Positions 38,479 to 48,735 of a stretch of 64,000 nucleotides of DNA are shown piece by piece. Made by a program: the position numbers and the translations under genes. Positions within the stretch are counted from its first letter, which is position 1; every line of letters starts with the position of its first letter. The DNA is taken from positions 416,001-480,000 of the forward strand of contig CP122380.1 in assembly GCA_024650005.2 (NCBI GenBank), read 5' to 3'. Source of the stretch: Candidatus Bathyarchaeum tardum. GTDB lineage: Archaea > Thermoproteota > Bathyarchaeia > Bathyarchaeales > Bathyarchaeaceae. The notes beneath the pieces are model-generated. The model worked only from the letters and a program-made list of their open reading frames with translations. It made no database searches and was not told the origin of the DNA.

Positions 38479-39456
38479 TTAAAACAAGTAAAGATTCAAC
38501 AAAATTGCAGGTACCGTGATTATTATGCTAAGAATTATTGCCACGTTTCGGATTTTTAGGGACTGAATTATTTTGCTGGCGTCGAGTTCTTGTTCTGGGT
38601 CACCTACAGCATACTGTCCAGGTTTTTCCAGTTCTACTCGGAGGGCGCCTGCTATAGCTGCCATTTGCCATCCATGGTTTACGCTGGGGATTTTGGTTTG
38701 GTCCCGTCGGGCAATTTTCCACGCGTTCTTGTAGTCTTCCCCAACTATTGCAGCTCCAGCAATCAACAAAAGAGTAGTGAGCCGAGCGGGAATGTAATTG
38801 ACTATGGTGTCTGTGACTGCAGAAAACCATCCGATATGCAAGTTTTCTTCATCTTTGAAGCCAACCATCCCATCAAGGGTGTTAACTGCCCGAAAGGCAA
38901 CTGCTCCAGGAACGCCAAAAAGTCCATAATAAAAGATGGGTGACAACCTGAAATCTGTCAAGTTTTCAGCCAATGATTCAATAACCGAAGAAACAATTTG
39001 TGCACCGGTTAAGTCTTTGTTGTCTCTTCGGGAAAAATGTGCATACTTTCTAGCTTCAGTTAAGTCACCTGATTCAATTGCTTTTGCTGCGGCGTAGCCC
39101 CAGTCTGTTTCAAGTTTCATGCAAATTGTTAATTTCAAAATCACTGCAGCAACTATGAAAAAAACTATAACCCCAAGGTACCTGTAGATTATTTGTAATG
39201 CAAAATAGACCGGAACAGTGAAAACCAAAATTACTGTTACCCCCATAAGAACGCCGTTAATTTTTTCGATTTTTGGGTTGGGGTTCTTGAAGAATGGTTT
39301 GATTTTTTGGGTGAACTGTCCCATCCAAACCGTTGGGTGAAGTTTGTATTGGATTTTTTCGGGGTAAATGGGGGAGGGGTCGCCAAAAATCAAGTCGAGC
39401 ACCAGTGCTGCGATGAGAATTCCAACTGCCACCAACAGATTTGTTATTGTTATCAT
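38479..39456 (-). CDS. cbiB: Adenosylcobinamide-phosphate synthase
   Basis: LDLIFGDP, HPTVWMG, SRRD, IESLAEN, AVNTLDGMVGF, NYIPARL and SVNHGW. Confidence 0.92.
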   Translation of the reverse strand: MITITNLLVAVGILIAALVLDLIFGDPSPIYPEKIQYKLHPTVWMGQFTQKIKPFFKNPNPKIEKINGVLMGVTVILVFTVPVYFALQIIYRYLGVIVFFIVAAVILKLTICMKLETDWGYAAAKAIESGDLTEARKYAHFSRRDNKDLTGAQIVSSVIESLAENLTDFRLSPIFYYGLFGVPGAVAFRAVNTLDGMVGFKDEENLHIGWFSAVTDTIVNYIPARLTTLLLIAGAAIVGEDYKNAWKIARRDQTKIPSVNHGWQMAAIAGALRVELEKPGQYAVGDPEQELDASKIIQSLKIRNVAIILSIIITVPAILLNLYLF

Positions 39457-39537
39457 TTGGCAAGCACGTTTTAACCAGATAATTACCGTTACTCAAAGAA
39501 AGTTACTTAAAATGATTGTCATCAAAATCGTAAAAAG

Positions 39538-41118
39538 CTAAGATAATTTCTGGAAAACAATTTCTCCATCCACAATGGTCATGTATACTTCAATTTTTCC
39601 AATATCATTGGCTGGAATTGTTAGGGGATCACCCGAAAGAACAGTAACATCCGCGAGTTTTCCTTTTTCAATTGAACCTTGATTTTTTTGTTCACAAGAC
39701 GCAATTGCAGCATTAATTGTGTACATTTGTAACGCTTCATTTGATGTGATTTTTTCTTCAGGAAAATATTGGCGTTCTACAGCTGCTTGTATGCCTAACA
39801 ACGGATTTAAGGGCTCCATTGGACAATCTGATCCGCCAACAATTTGTATTCCATTTTTGATTAACGTTTTAAGAGGATACAACCATCTTGCCCTTTTGTT
39901 TCCTAATCTTTCAATTGCTGACCAATCCGTAAATTCAGTAATTACACATTTTGGTTGTACAGAAATTGTCATCCCTAGATTCTTTATTCTCTGAATCAAA
40001 TCAGGAGTCAGTACAGACCCATGTTCAATACGATGACAATGTGCTTCTCTAGGGGTTTCTTTCAACACTTTTTCAATAGCACTTAACGCCATGTCAATTG
40101 CTTTGTCGCCCATTGCATGCATAACCAACTGAAGTTTTGTTTTGTGCGCCTTTCTAACCACTTTATCCAATTCGGTTTGGGAATAGAGCAGTTTCCCTTC
40201 TGTAGTGTTATCGTCCATGTACGGCTGGCAAAGTGCTGCTGTTCGGGCAGCTAACGAACCATCTATAAAAATCTTAACACCCAATTGTTTGTCGATTTTG
40301 TTTGAATCAAAATTCAACTCATTAATTCGCTCCAAAATATTAGCCGGAACAATAACATGAACCCTAACTGGTAACTTGTTTTGTGTATCCAGCTTTTTCA
40401 CACTCAACGCTTCTTCCAGCGAGGAAACAATCCAATGAACAGTAGTTATCCCCGCTTCTACTACTTTTTCACAAGCTAAACTGGTTGCTTCAATTATTTC
40501 TTCTTCAGTTGGTTCAGGAATGGTCTTCCAAACCAAATCTGTTGCAGTTTCCCACAAAATACCTGTTGGCTCACCAGTTTCGTGATGTTTTTTGATTTCT
40601 CCATCCAATGGGGCTACAGTTTCTTTTGTTACTTTTGCAGCATCTAAGGCTTTACTGTTAACAACGCAAACCCGCCCACACTCATGATACAACACCACTG
40701 GATTATTTGGAGAGGCAATATCCAAATCATAACGGTTTGGACAACGTTTTTCTGCAAAACGGATTTCGTTCCATCCGTTACCAACAATCCACCTGTTTTT
40801 CGGAATCTTTTGTGCACGTTCTTTAAGTCTTGTTTGCATTTCTGAAATCGAGTTTAGATTGGTCAGGTTGATCCAATTCAAGAACTTTCCAAAATCTGCG
40901 ACATGAATATGGGAATCAATAAACCCTGGGACAACAGTTTTTCCCTTTAAATCAACTACTTTTGTTTTTTCGGTGAGTAATGCTTTGATATCTTCTGTTG
41001 TGCCAACTTTTAACAATCGGTTTTTTTCGATGGCGACTGCTTGTGCTTTTGCTTGCAAAGAATCCATAGTGATAATGTTTCCATTTATAAGTGCCAAATC
41101 TGCACACATTTCAGTCAC
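39538..41118 (-). CDS. Metal-dependent amidohydrolase (amidohydrolase_3/YtcJ-like)
   Basis: PGFIDSHIH, KIFIDGSLAARTA, HAMGD, RIEH, GSDCP and GSIEKGKLAD. Confidence 0.9.
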   Translation of the reverse strand: MTEMCADLALINGNIITMDSLQAKAQAVAIEKNRLLKVGTTEDIKALLTEKTKVVDLKGKTVVPGFIDSHIHVADFGKFLNWINLTNLNSISEMQTRLKERAQKIPKNRWIVGNGWNEIRFAEKRCPNRYDLDIASPNNPVVLYHECGRVCVVNSKALDAAKVTKETVAPLDGEIKKHHETGEPTGILWETATDLVWKTIPEPTEEEIIEATSLACEKVVEAGITTVHWIVSSLEEALSVKKLDTQNKLPVRVHVIVPANILERINELNFDSNKIDKQLGVKIFIDGSLAARTAALCQPYMDDNTTEGKLLYSQTELDKVVRKAHKTKLQLVMHAMGDKAIDMALSAIEKVLKETPREAHCHRIEHGSVLTPDLIQRIKNLGMTISVQPKCVITEFTDWSAIERLGNKRARWLYPLKTLIKNGIQIVGGSDCPMEPLNPLLGIQAAVERQYFPEEKITSNEALQMYTINAAIASCEQKNQGSIEKGKLADVTVLSGDPLTIPANDIGKIEVYMTIVDGEIVFQKLS

Positions 41119-41172
41119 CGTTACCTCTCAAACCTAACTGCAGAACCGCTATAACTGTTTGGGGTAAAATTC

Positions 41173-42267
41173 TTACTTTGTTTTCTTTGAACCGTCACCT
41201 TTTGGTTGGTAAAGGCACGCAGGGTCTGAACCAAAGTAAGAGCCAGTTAATGCGTGAGCTCGGGTTCTGCATCCGCCACACACGTTTCGCAGATCACAGA
41301 TCCCACATTTGCCTTCCAAATTGTCCGGGTTTTGCAATGTTTGATAAAATTCAGAGTTTTGCATCTTGTCCCAAAGTTCAGTTAGGGTGTTTTCTTTGAT
41401 GTTTCCAATTTTTAGGTCTTCATCATAGAAACACGGGATAACGTCTCCATTTTCTAGTACACTTAGGTATCCGCCAAACAAGAAGTAAATACATTTGGCT
41501 GTGTGGGTTTCTTTGTTGACCCATTCGCAGAAGCCTTCGGGATCTCTGTCTCGGACTACTCGGATGTAATGAGGACAGTGGATGTTAAAATCAAATTTGA
41601 CTTTGTATTCTTTTTTGGTCAAATCATACACGTGATTCAAAAACATGTCATACTGTTCTGGTGTGGGTTCCAAATTTATTTGATGTTTAGCCCTTCCCGT
41701 TGGAACCAAATGATTAAACCAAACAAACTGGGCATGATATTTTTCTGCTAACTCAACTATGTGATCTGCTTCATTGAGGTTGCGGTTTGTTATGGCCATG
41801 GATAACCCGTTCAAAATTCCTTTTTCTGACAACTTTTGAATCGCAGACACAGCAGCCTTGTAGGAACCTTTCCCTCGTAGGGAATCGTTTGCTTCTTCTG
41901 AGCCATCGATGCTGACGGAAGTGTAAACGTTATATTTGGCTAGTTTTTCTAGAATTTCTCCGTCTACATAATATCCGTTGGTCAATAAATTAACTTCAAG
42001 ACCTAACTCTTTAGCGTGGGCGATAAGGATAAAAAGGTCTTTTCTCACAAGGGGTTCGCCTCCTTTTATTCCGAACCATTGGGAACCAAATTCTGCAATT
42101 TGGTCAACCAAACGCAGTCCCCATTCTGTGTCTAACTCGTTGGGGGTGGGTTCACAGTTTGCGTCCACGTTACAATATACGCAATTGTAATTACACGCGC
42201 CAGTGGCTCTCCAAGAAGTAATCATCAGAGGACCCTGAAGTTTTTTCGGGGGACCAGGACATGCCAT
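41173..42267 (-). CDS. Radical SAM/SPASM protein, paralog 4
   Basis: CNYNCVYC, GGEPL and GKCGICDLRNVCGGCRTRA..SDPAC. Confidence 0.9.
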   Translation of the reverse strand: MACPGPPKKLQGPLMITSWRATGACNYNCVYCNVDANCEPTPNELDTEWGLRLVDQIAEFGSQWFGIKGGEPLVRKDLFILIAHAKELGLEVNLLTNGYYVDGEILEKLAKYNVYTSVSIDGSEEANDSLRGKGSYKAAVSAIQKLSEKGILNGLSMAITNRNLNEADHIVELAEKYHAQFVWFNHLVPTGRAKHQINLEPTPEQYDMFLNHVYDLTKKEYKVKFDFNIHCPHYIRVVRDRDPEGFCEWVNKETHTAKCIYFLFGGYLSVLENGDVIPCFYDEDLKIGNIKENTLTELWDKMQNSEFYQTLQNPDNLEGKCGICDLRNVCGGCRTRAHALTGSYFGSDPACLYQPKGDGSKKTK

Positions 42268-42470
42268 TTTGAACCAAATCCAGCCAAATTGATAAGTTGT
42301 TAGTATAGTTACAATTTAAAAACAATTCCGTTTTCCCCAGAATCACTACTGAACTCTCTAGTTGGATTATTTCTCGTTGTAACTGTTCTGTACTTTTGGT
42401 TTTGTAGATAAAAGTTATTATTTGTCTAATTTCATGTGTGCTATACTAATCCAACGGAGATCGTTATTGC

Positions 42471-43817
42471 ATGATTTTGTTGATGACAACCGCTCCGCCT
42501 GAAGACTCCCCGTGGGGTCTGGGTAGACGTTATCCACCGCTGGGTTTAGCTTACGTTGCTGGGTCTCTTGAACAGGCAGGATATGGAGTTCAAGTAATTG
42601 ATAACTATCTTTTGAAAAAATCAATCAACGATATCAAACAAGAAGTCAAACGCCTAAACCCCAAAATAGTTGGAATGACCTGCGGCTCAGTAACCTATGG
42701 GAAATGTGTTGAAACCGCTAAAGCAGTAAAGGAAGTTCTTCCCAACTGCAAGGTTGTTGTGGGTGGTTGGCATCCTTCATATTTGCCTGAAAGCATGCTC
42801 GAGCACCCTGAAATTGACTATGCGGTCATAGGTGAGGGCGAACGTGCAATCGTGGAGCTAGCAAATACTATTACTTCAGGTAAGGAAGATTCTGAAGTAC
42901 CCCAAATTTCTGGTGTTGCTTACCGTAAAGGCAGCCAAATTGTAAAAAACCCTCAAACTTTAATTGAAGATTTAGACACTGTGCCCTTTCCTGCTCGCCA
43001 TTTGTTGCCTATGGACCTTTACATGCGAAAGATGGAGTACCTAACTGTTGAACCCGTGGATAACATGAACGTAATCCGCGGTTGCCCTTACAACTGCGCC
43101 TTTTGTGAAACAAAAAAAATCTGGACCTCAAAATGCCGAGCCTTTAGTCCACCTAGAGTTGTAGCTGAACTAAACCATATGATAGAAAAATACGGCACAA
43201 AGGGCATCTACTTTGTTGGTGACAATTTTACCATCAACAAAAAAAGAACCATAGAACTGTGCAAAGAAATCAAAAAAGCAAAACTGGACTTACAATGGGT
43301 TTGTGATACTCGAGTTGATTTGGTTTCCAGGGAAATGCTCCAAGAAATGAAATCTGCAGGGTGCAAAACAATATGGTTTGGTGTAGAATCGGGTGCGCCT
43401 CATATTCTTAAAAAAATCAACAAACAGATTACTATTCAACAAGCTGTTGATGCCTTCAAGCTTTGTAACCAAGTAGGCATCCGAACTGCCAGTTCCTTTA
43501 TGATTGGCTTGCCCGGAGAAACAGTTGCAGACATGCATACCACCTACATGTTTGCCCGAAAATTAGATCCTGATTATGCCCGTTTTCACATCTTTATCGG
43601 ATACCCCGGAAGTAGCATGTATGACGAAATCATGGCTAACGGCTGGTACGAACGGGTAGAAGATTATGTAACCTACGTCAAAACCGACCAATTTGATTTT
43701 GAGTTAGTAAAAAATCTCCAACGAGAATTCCACAGGAACTTCAATCGTTCAATCCACCGGATTCTAAAAACAATTCAACGAGACGGGTTCCTAAGCGTCC
43801 TAAAACGCAACATCTGA
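42471..43817 (+). CDS. B12-binding radical SAM protein, paralog 3
   Basis: PPLGLAYVA, GGWHPS, GEGE, RGCPYNCAFC, GDNF and GVESG. Confidence 0.9.
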   Translation: MILLMTTAPPEDSPWGLGRRYPPLGLAYVAGSLEQAGYGVQVIDNYLLKKSINDIKQEVKRLNPKIVGMTCGSVTYGKCVETAKAVKEVLPNCKVVVGGWHPSYLPESMLEHPEIDYAVIGEGERAIVELANTITSGKEDSEVPQISGVAYRKGSQIVKNPQTLIEDLDTVPFPARHLLPMDLYMRKMEYLTVEPVDNMNVIRGCPYNCAFCETKKIWTSKCRAFSPPRVVAELNHMIEKYGTKGIYFVGDNFTINKKRTIELCKEIKKAKLDLQWVCDTRVDLVSREMLQEMKSAGCKTIWFGVESGAPHILKKINKQITIQQAVDAFKLCNQVGIRTASSFMIGLPGETVADMHTTYMFARKLDPDYARFHIFIGYPGSSMYDEIMANGWYERVEDYVTYVKTDQFDFELVKNLQREFHRNFNRSIHRILKTIQRDGFLSVLKRNI

Positions 43818-43842
43818 ACTTAACAAAAACCTTTCATTCATG

Positions 43843-45330
43843 CTATTTCTTAGGCTTGGGCTTTTTCAATAACGCTTTAGCAATAACCAATGCTTTTTTG
43901 GGGTCTTTCATGAGTTTGAATACTTTACCTGCTGTAATGTTTTGGTTTATGGCGTTTGCCCGTACACATATCTCACATAGTTCCTCTGGTGTGAATTCGG
44001 GGGTTTCAATGAGGGGTTCGGCTCGTGCTAGGGCTTCGTCACTGAATCCGTCCTTTAAGAAATCCCCCTCCACTGCCTGTTTGTAGAGTTCAGTTCCGTA
44101 AATTGGCGTGGCTATGCTGAAATGGAATTTTTCTGCCCCAAGCTTTCTTAGTTTATATGCATATTGTATGGTTTGTTCCATGTCTTCTTTTGTTTCGCCG
44201 ATTAGTCCAAGAATGAAAAAAATCGCTGTTTTGATTCCTACTTTTTTAGCTAAAACAACTGCTTTTTCAACATCTTCAAGTTTCATGTTCTTTCCAATAA
44301 TATCCGTAACAACCCGTTGAACCCCCGATTCAGGAGCAAAACGAATTCCCTTGCAGCCTGAACGCTTCATTTTTCTTAACAGTTGTTCATCAAGGGTGTC
44401 TGCCCTAACTCCGGTTGGAACAAACCAGTTTATGTTCAGGTTCCTTTCTACTATCAGGTCACAGATTTTTTCTGCCCTTTTCTTAATTAAGGTCATATTA
44501 TCATCAAAAAAATCAATCTGTTTTATTTGGTATGTTTTTACTAGCTGTTCTATCTCGTCAACAACACTTTCGGGGTTTCTGCCCCGCCATTTTTTGCCCA
44601 TGACAATATGATTAGAACAAAACACACAATTATGCGGGCAACCTCGACTGGTTAACATTATGGCGTAATGGTCACGGATAACCCCCCGAATTGGGTTCTC
44701 TTTTACTGCCTCAAAATATGTCTTCATAGGCAACAAATGCCTTGCAGGAAAAGGCAAGGCATCCAGGTCTTCGATTTCTGGTCGAGTCCCAGTAATAACC
44801 AATTTTCCATTTTCTTTAAACCCGATTCCCTTAATATCCTTCAACCTGTCTGTTGTTGCGTCCTTTTCTAAGGCATTAACCAACTCAAGAGTGCTGTATT
44901 CTGGTTCCCCGCGAACAACAAAGTCCACATCGGGATTCGACAAGCACTCCACAGGTCTGGCAGAAGGGTGCAATCCATCTAAAACTGTGGTTATGTCTTT
45001 ATCCACGTTTTTTATTACTGACGCAACTTCAAATGCAGCTTTAGACCAACCCGAAAACGGGATGCTTACTCCAGCAATGTCCGGAGAAAACTGTTTAATT
45101 TTTTCTGCAATTTGTTCGTTTGTTAATCCTACCTTAGAATTTGTTTCATCTATGTCCACAGAATTTCTCCAGCCTTCTGTGGGCGCATCTATGATTATTA
45201 CTTCATGCTGTTTTTCTAAAACTGCTGCTACGTAAGCAATGGACAACGGTTGATATACAGTTGGTTGTCCCCAAACTTTTGGGTGAATACGGGGCGGATT
45301 AATCAAACAAACACGCATTTTGTTAATCAC
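43843..45330 (-). CDS. B12-binding radical SAM protein, paralog 4
   Basis: LINPP, PLSIAYVAA, GLHPS, SRGCPHNCVFC, DDNM, PESG and TPIYGT. Confidence 0.9.
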   Translation of the reverse strand: MINKMRVCLINPPRIHPKVWGQPTVYQPLSIAYVAAVLEKQHEVIIIDAPTEGWRNSVDIDETNSKVGLTNEQIAEKIKQFSPDIAGVSIPFSGWSKAAFEVASVIKNVDKDITTVLDGLHPSARPVECLSNPDVDFVVRGEPEYSTLELVNALEKDATTDRLKDIKGIGFKENGKLVITGTRPEIEDLDALPFPARHLLPMKTYFEAVKENPIRGVIRDHYAIMLTSRGCPHNCVFCSNHIVMGKKWRGRNPESVVDEIEQLVKTYQIKQIDFFDDNMTLIKKRAEKICDLIVERNLNINWFVPTGVRADTLDEQLLRKMKRSGCKGIRFAPESGVQRVVTDIIGKNMKLEDVEKAVVLAKKVGIKTAIFFILGLIGETKEDMEQTIQYAYKLRKLGAEKFHFSIATPIYGTELYKQAVEGDFLKDGFSDEALARAEPLIETPEFTPEELCEICVRANAINQNITAGKVFKLMKDPKKALVIAKALLKKPKPKK

Positions 45331-45539
45331 TACTTACGGCACTCAAATTTTCATGGTACACAGTTTGTGTTTCAATGGAAACTGAATAATAGTGGCTATC
45401 TGTTTGAAACCTAAAAACGTTTGGAACCTTCCATCCGGTTTACTGACCCTTTTTACTGTTGGAGTTTTGCCACGTTTTATACATATAACTACAGCGACTG
45501 AAAAAACTATCTTGTTTTGTTAACGGAGTGTGTAAAGGC

Positions 45540-45549
45540 TATTAAGCAT
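45540..45549 (+). promoter_or_regulatory. TATA-like element shared by B12 radical SAM paralogs
   Basis: TATTAAGCAT 56 nt before ATG 45596; identical 10-mer at 49455-49464, 54 nt before ATG 49509. Confidence 0.5.
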
Positions 45550-45595
45550 GTATACTGCTTGTATGTCTGTAACTTAAAAACTTCAGGCGAGAATA

Positions 45596-46990
45596 ATGCG
45601 TCCTCGAGTGACTCTTGTTAATCCCCCTTACCCCCTTGGTCCTCATAAGCACATGCCTTTCCCACAACTGGGTTTAGGCTACCTCGCAGCAGTTCTAGAA
45701 AAAAACGGTTATGAAGTTGATGTTATTGATTGTCAGGCATTGTACATTCATTATGAAGAATACAAAAAAGAAATCAGCAAGCGCAAACCTGATCTTGTTG
45801 GGTTCACTTCGATTACTTTAACCTACAAATCTGCGTTACACCTCGCAAAATTAACCAAAGAGAGTCACCCAAATTGTGTAACTGTTCTAGGTGGACCCCA
45901 CGCCACCTTTTGGCACCAAGAAGCTTTACAAGAGTGCCCTGACCTTGATGTGGTTGTCCGCAAAGAAGGGGAATACACCTTACTGGAACTGGTTCAACGA
46001 CTTGAATCCGGAAAAAATTTTGATGGTGTCCAAGGAATAACCTACCGAAAAGACGGAAAAATAGTAGTAAACCCCGACAGACCTTACATCGAAGACCTAG
46101 ACAGTTTGCCTTATCCTGCTCGACATCTTTGGCCAATAGCAAAACTTCGAAAAGTAGAAGACGTTTTTTACATGACAACAAGCCGCGGTTGCACCTCATG
46201 GTGCGATTTTTGTCAAGCAGTCCGAATGTTTGGTCGCCGATACCGAATGAGAAGTCCTACCGGCATCGTGGACGAACTTGAGTACCTAAACAAAACCTAC
46301 AATGCAACCCAGTTTACCTTCTGTGATGACGCCTTCACAATAGATCCTGCAAGAATTGAAAAATTATGTCAAGAAATAATGGATCGAAACCTGAAAATAA
46401 TATGGAATTGTGGAACCCGTGTCGATAAAGTAACAAAAGAATTGCTTATCAAAATGAAAGAAGCAGGCTGCGTTTCAGTATGGTTTGGAGTTGAATCTGG
46501 CTCCCAAGATGTTCTGAACGAGATGCATAAAGACATTTCAACTGCTCAAACCCTCAGGGCAGTAGGTTGGGTACAGGAACTTGGGTTGCAGCCTGTCCCG
46601 AACGTTCTTCTTGGGTTCCCTGGTGAAACCAAAGAAACTGCCTGGAAAACAATTAGATTTGTTCAAAAACTGTGCCCAAATAACATAGCATTTTTCAACG
46701 TCACGACCCCTCTTCCTGGAACGCCTCTGTATGATCGCATCAAAGAAAATGGGTGGTTACGAATAACTGACTTCAACGTCTACGATTGCATGACTCCAGT
46801 TTTTGAAACACCTACCTTAAACATGAAAGAACTAGCAGACCTTTACGAACAATCATTCCAAAGTTTCTATTTACGCCCCATGTATATTCTTCGAATGTGG
46901 CGCAGAGGTTGGACATATGGAGTTTCAGCAACACGAAATGCGTTCTTTGCTTTGATTAGTTCACTAAAATCTAGGCTCCGTAATCTGTAG
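45596..46990 (+). CDS. B12-binding radical SAM protein, paralog 5
   Basis: LVNPPYP, GGPHAT, SRGCTSWCDFC and DDAF; close to 33321 and 49509. Confidence 0.92.
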   Translation: MRPRVTLVNPPYPLGPHKHMPFPQLGLGYLAAVLEKNGYEVDVIDCQALYIHYEEYKKEISKRKPDLVGFTSITLTYKSALHLAKLTKESHPNCVTVLGGPHATFWHQEALQECPDLDVVVRKEGEYTLLELVQRLESGKNFDGVQGITYRKDGKIVVNPDRPYIEDLDSLPYPARHLWPIAKLRKVEDVFYMTTSRGCTSWCDFCQAVRMFGRRYRMRSPTGIVDELEYLNKTYNATQFTFCDDAFTIDPARIEKLCQEIMDRNLKIIWNCGTRVDKVTKELLIKMKEAGCVSVWFGVESGSQDVLNEMHKDISTAQTLRAVGWVQELGLQPVPNVLLGFPGETKETAWKTIRFVQKLCPNNIAFFNVTTPLPGTPLYDRIKENGWLRITDFNVYDCMTPVFETPTLNMKELADLYEQSFQSFYLRPMYILRMWRRGWTYGVSATRNAFFALISSLKSRLRNL

Positions 46991-47227
46991 CTTTGGGCAC
47001 TTGTTTTTGTGGTTAATTGTTTTTTTGTTTGCGTTTAATAATCTTAAAAGAAGGCTTTTGAATTGGGTCACTGACACTTTTTATTTTTTTTTATGCAATA
47101 AAAATGATATTTTATAATTGGTATTGCATATAATTGTTTATGTGTTGTACGCCATGGTATCTGTCCAAAAGCTTAAATATGAATTTTTTAAGAAAGCTAG
47201 CCCATATAAACATGAGGTTACGAAAAA

Positions 47228-48544
47228 ATGGTAAAAGCTCCAATGACTAAAGATTTGTTAATGCAATACACATTAGTTGCACTATTCGTTATCGCATTTT
47301 TGTCCTATTTCGTATTTGGACTTCAAGCTCTCTTAGTATGCGGAATTGCTGGTGGTGTCGCAGTTCTCTGTGACATGTTGATGGCTAAAGTCATGGGTTC
47401 AAAAGCACCCAAAGACATGATGTCTGCGGCTGTTTTCGGGTTAATTGTTGGTTTATCTTATTCATTAGGAGAACCAATGATGGCTCTGGGAACAGTCTAT
47501 CCAGTTTTAGCTGGTGGACTTGAAATGTATTTGTATCCTGCTTTGATTTCTGCTGTTGGTTTGATTGTATTCAAGAAACTAGCTGGATTAGCTGGACGCA
47601 AATATGTTAACCCTGCTGCAGTTGCAAAACTTCTGGTTTTAGGTTTGCTCTTTTTGCCCATGCTAACTAACGTTAACGTCTTAATCCCTGAAGATCACAC
47701 AATTTCAATAGATTTAACACAGCCTCTAACCGAAGAAGTTTTCTCTAACACTCTGGTCACTTGCTATGGACATCCAACAGATGTTATGACGGAATTAATG
47801 ATGGGGGGATCTTTCCAATTAGATGACGCTGTTTGGACCATGATGTGGGCAAAATACCACGGTTGGATTGGCGGATTCTCAAGCCTATTAGTAATCGGTG
47901 TTGGATTAGGATTATTCTTTGTTTGCCGAGGCTACATCAAATGGCGAATTACTCTGTCATACTTGCTAGGTACCGCAGTTGTTGCTGCAGTTATGAGTGC
48001 CATGTATGTTGGCGCTGCTCCAATGATGAACGACATGATTCTAAGAATAGTGTTCCACCTGTTTATGGGCAGTTCAATATTCTTAGCGTTCTTCATGGCA
48101 ACTGATCCTGCAACCACGCCAATGACACACACAGGACAACTCATATTCGGTGTTGGCTTAGCAGTACTAACAATCGTGATTCAAACCTACACTGGATTTT
48201 TGGGCGGATCTATCCTTGCGTTGGTTATCATGAACTTGACTTGTCCTGTTCTTGATCACATCGGTGCACCAAAAGGAACCAATGAAAGACGTACCGTAAA
48301 ACTACCAAAGGTCAAAAAAGTCGGAAGCCCTGTTACTACCGCTTGTATTCGTTGTGGACAATGTCTAACTGCTTGCCCAATGAACATACCTTCAATATTC
48401 GTCAAAAATGCTGCTGACAAAGGTGACTGGGCAAAAGCAAAGGAACTGGGTGCTGGTTACTGTATTGAATGTGGTCAATGCTCTTTGGTTTGTCCTGCGA
48501 GAATTGATCTGAAAGGTGCAGTAGTTTCTGCTAAAGGCAAATAG
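47228..48544 (+). CDS. RnfD/NqrB-family membrane protein fused to an RnfC-like 2[4Fe-4S] domain
   Basis: K.LAGLAGRKYVNPAA, IKWRI and FFMATDPATTP (RnfD); C-terminal CIRCGQCLTACP and CIECGQCSLVCP. Confidence 0.8.
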   Translation: MVKAPMTKDLLMQYTLVALFVIAFLSYFVFGLQALLVCGIAGGVAVLCDMLMAKVMGSKAPKDMMSAAVFGLIVGLSYSLGEPMMALGTVYPVLAGGLEMYLYPALISAVGLIVFKKLAGLAGRKYVNPAAVAKLLVLGLLFLPMLTNVNVLIPEDHTISIDLTQPLTEEVFSNTLVTCYGHPTDVMTELMMGGSFQLDDAVWTMMWAKYHGWIGGFSSLLVIGVGLGLFFVCRGYIKWRITLSYLLGTAVVAAVMSAMYVGAAPMMNDMILRIVFHLFMGSSIFLAFFMATDPATTPMTHTGQLIFGVGLAVLTIVIQTYTGFLGGSILALVIMNLTCPVLDHIGAPKGTNERRTVKLPKVKKVGSPVTTACIRCGQCLTACPMNIPSIFVKNAADKGDWAKAKELGAGYCIECGQCSLVCPARIDLKGAVVSAKGK

Positions 48545-48567
48545 TTAACTAAACTAACTATCCAAAA

Positions 48568-48612
48568 GTGTGCGCGTTTTTTGGTGCACACATTGTTTTT
48601 TTTTTTTATTTT
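48568..48612 (+). terminator. Hairpin + long T tract after RnfD-like gene
   Basis: GTGTGC...GCACAC stem followed by more than 10 T. Confidence 0.55.
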
Positions 48613-48735
48613 TTGATATTTTAGACTGATTTTAACATAAACTGAGTGTTTAGTTATATTTGTGGCGTGCCGGTTGCGCAAAATATAAATGTATAATGAT
48701 AGTAAAGTGGAAAAAAGAAAAGGAGTAAACAAAAA

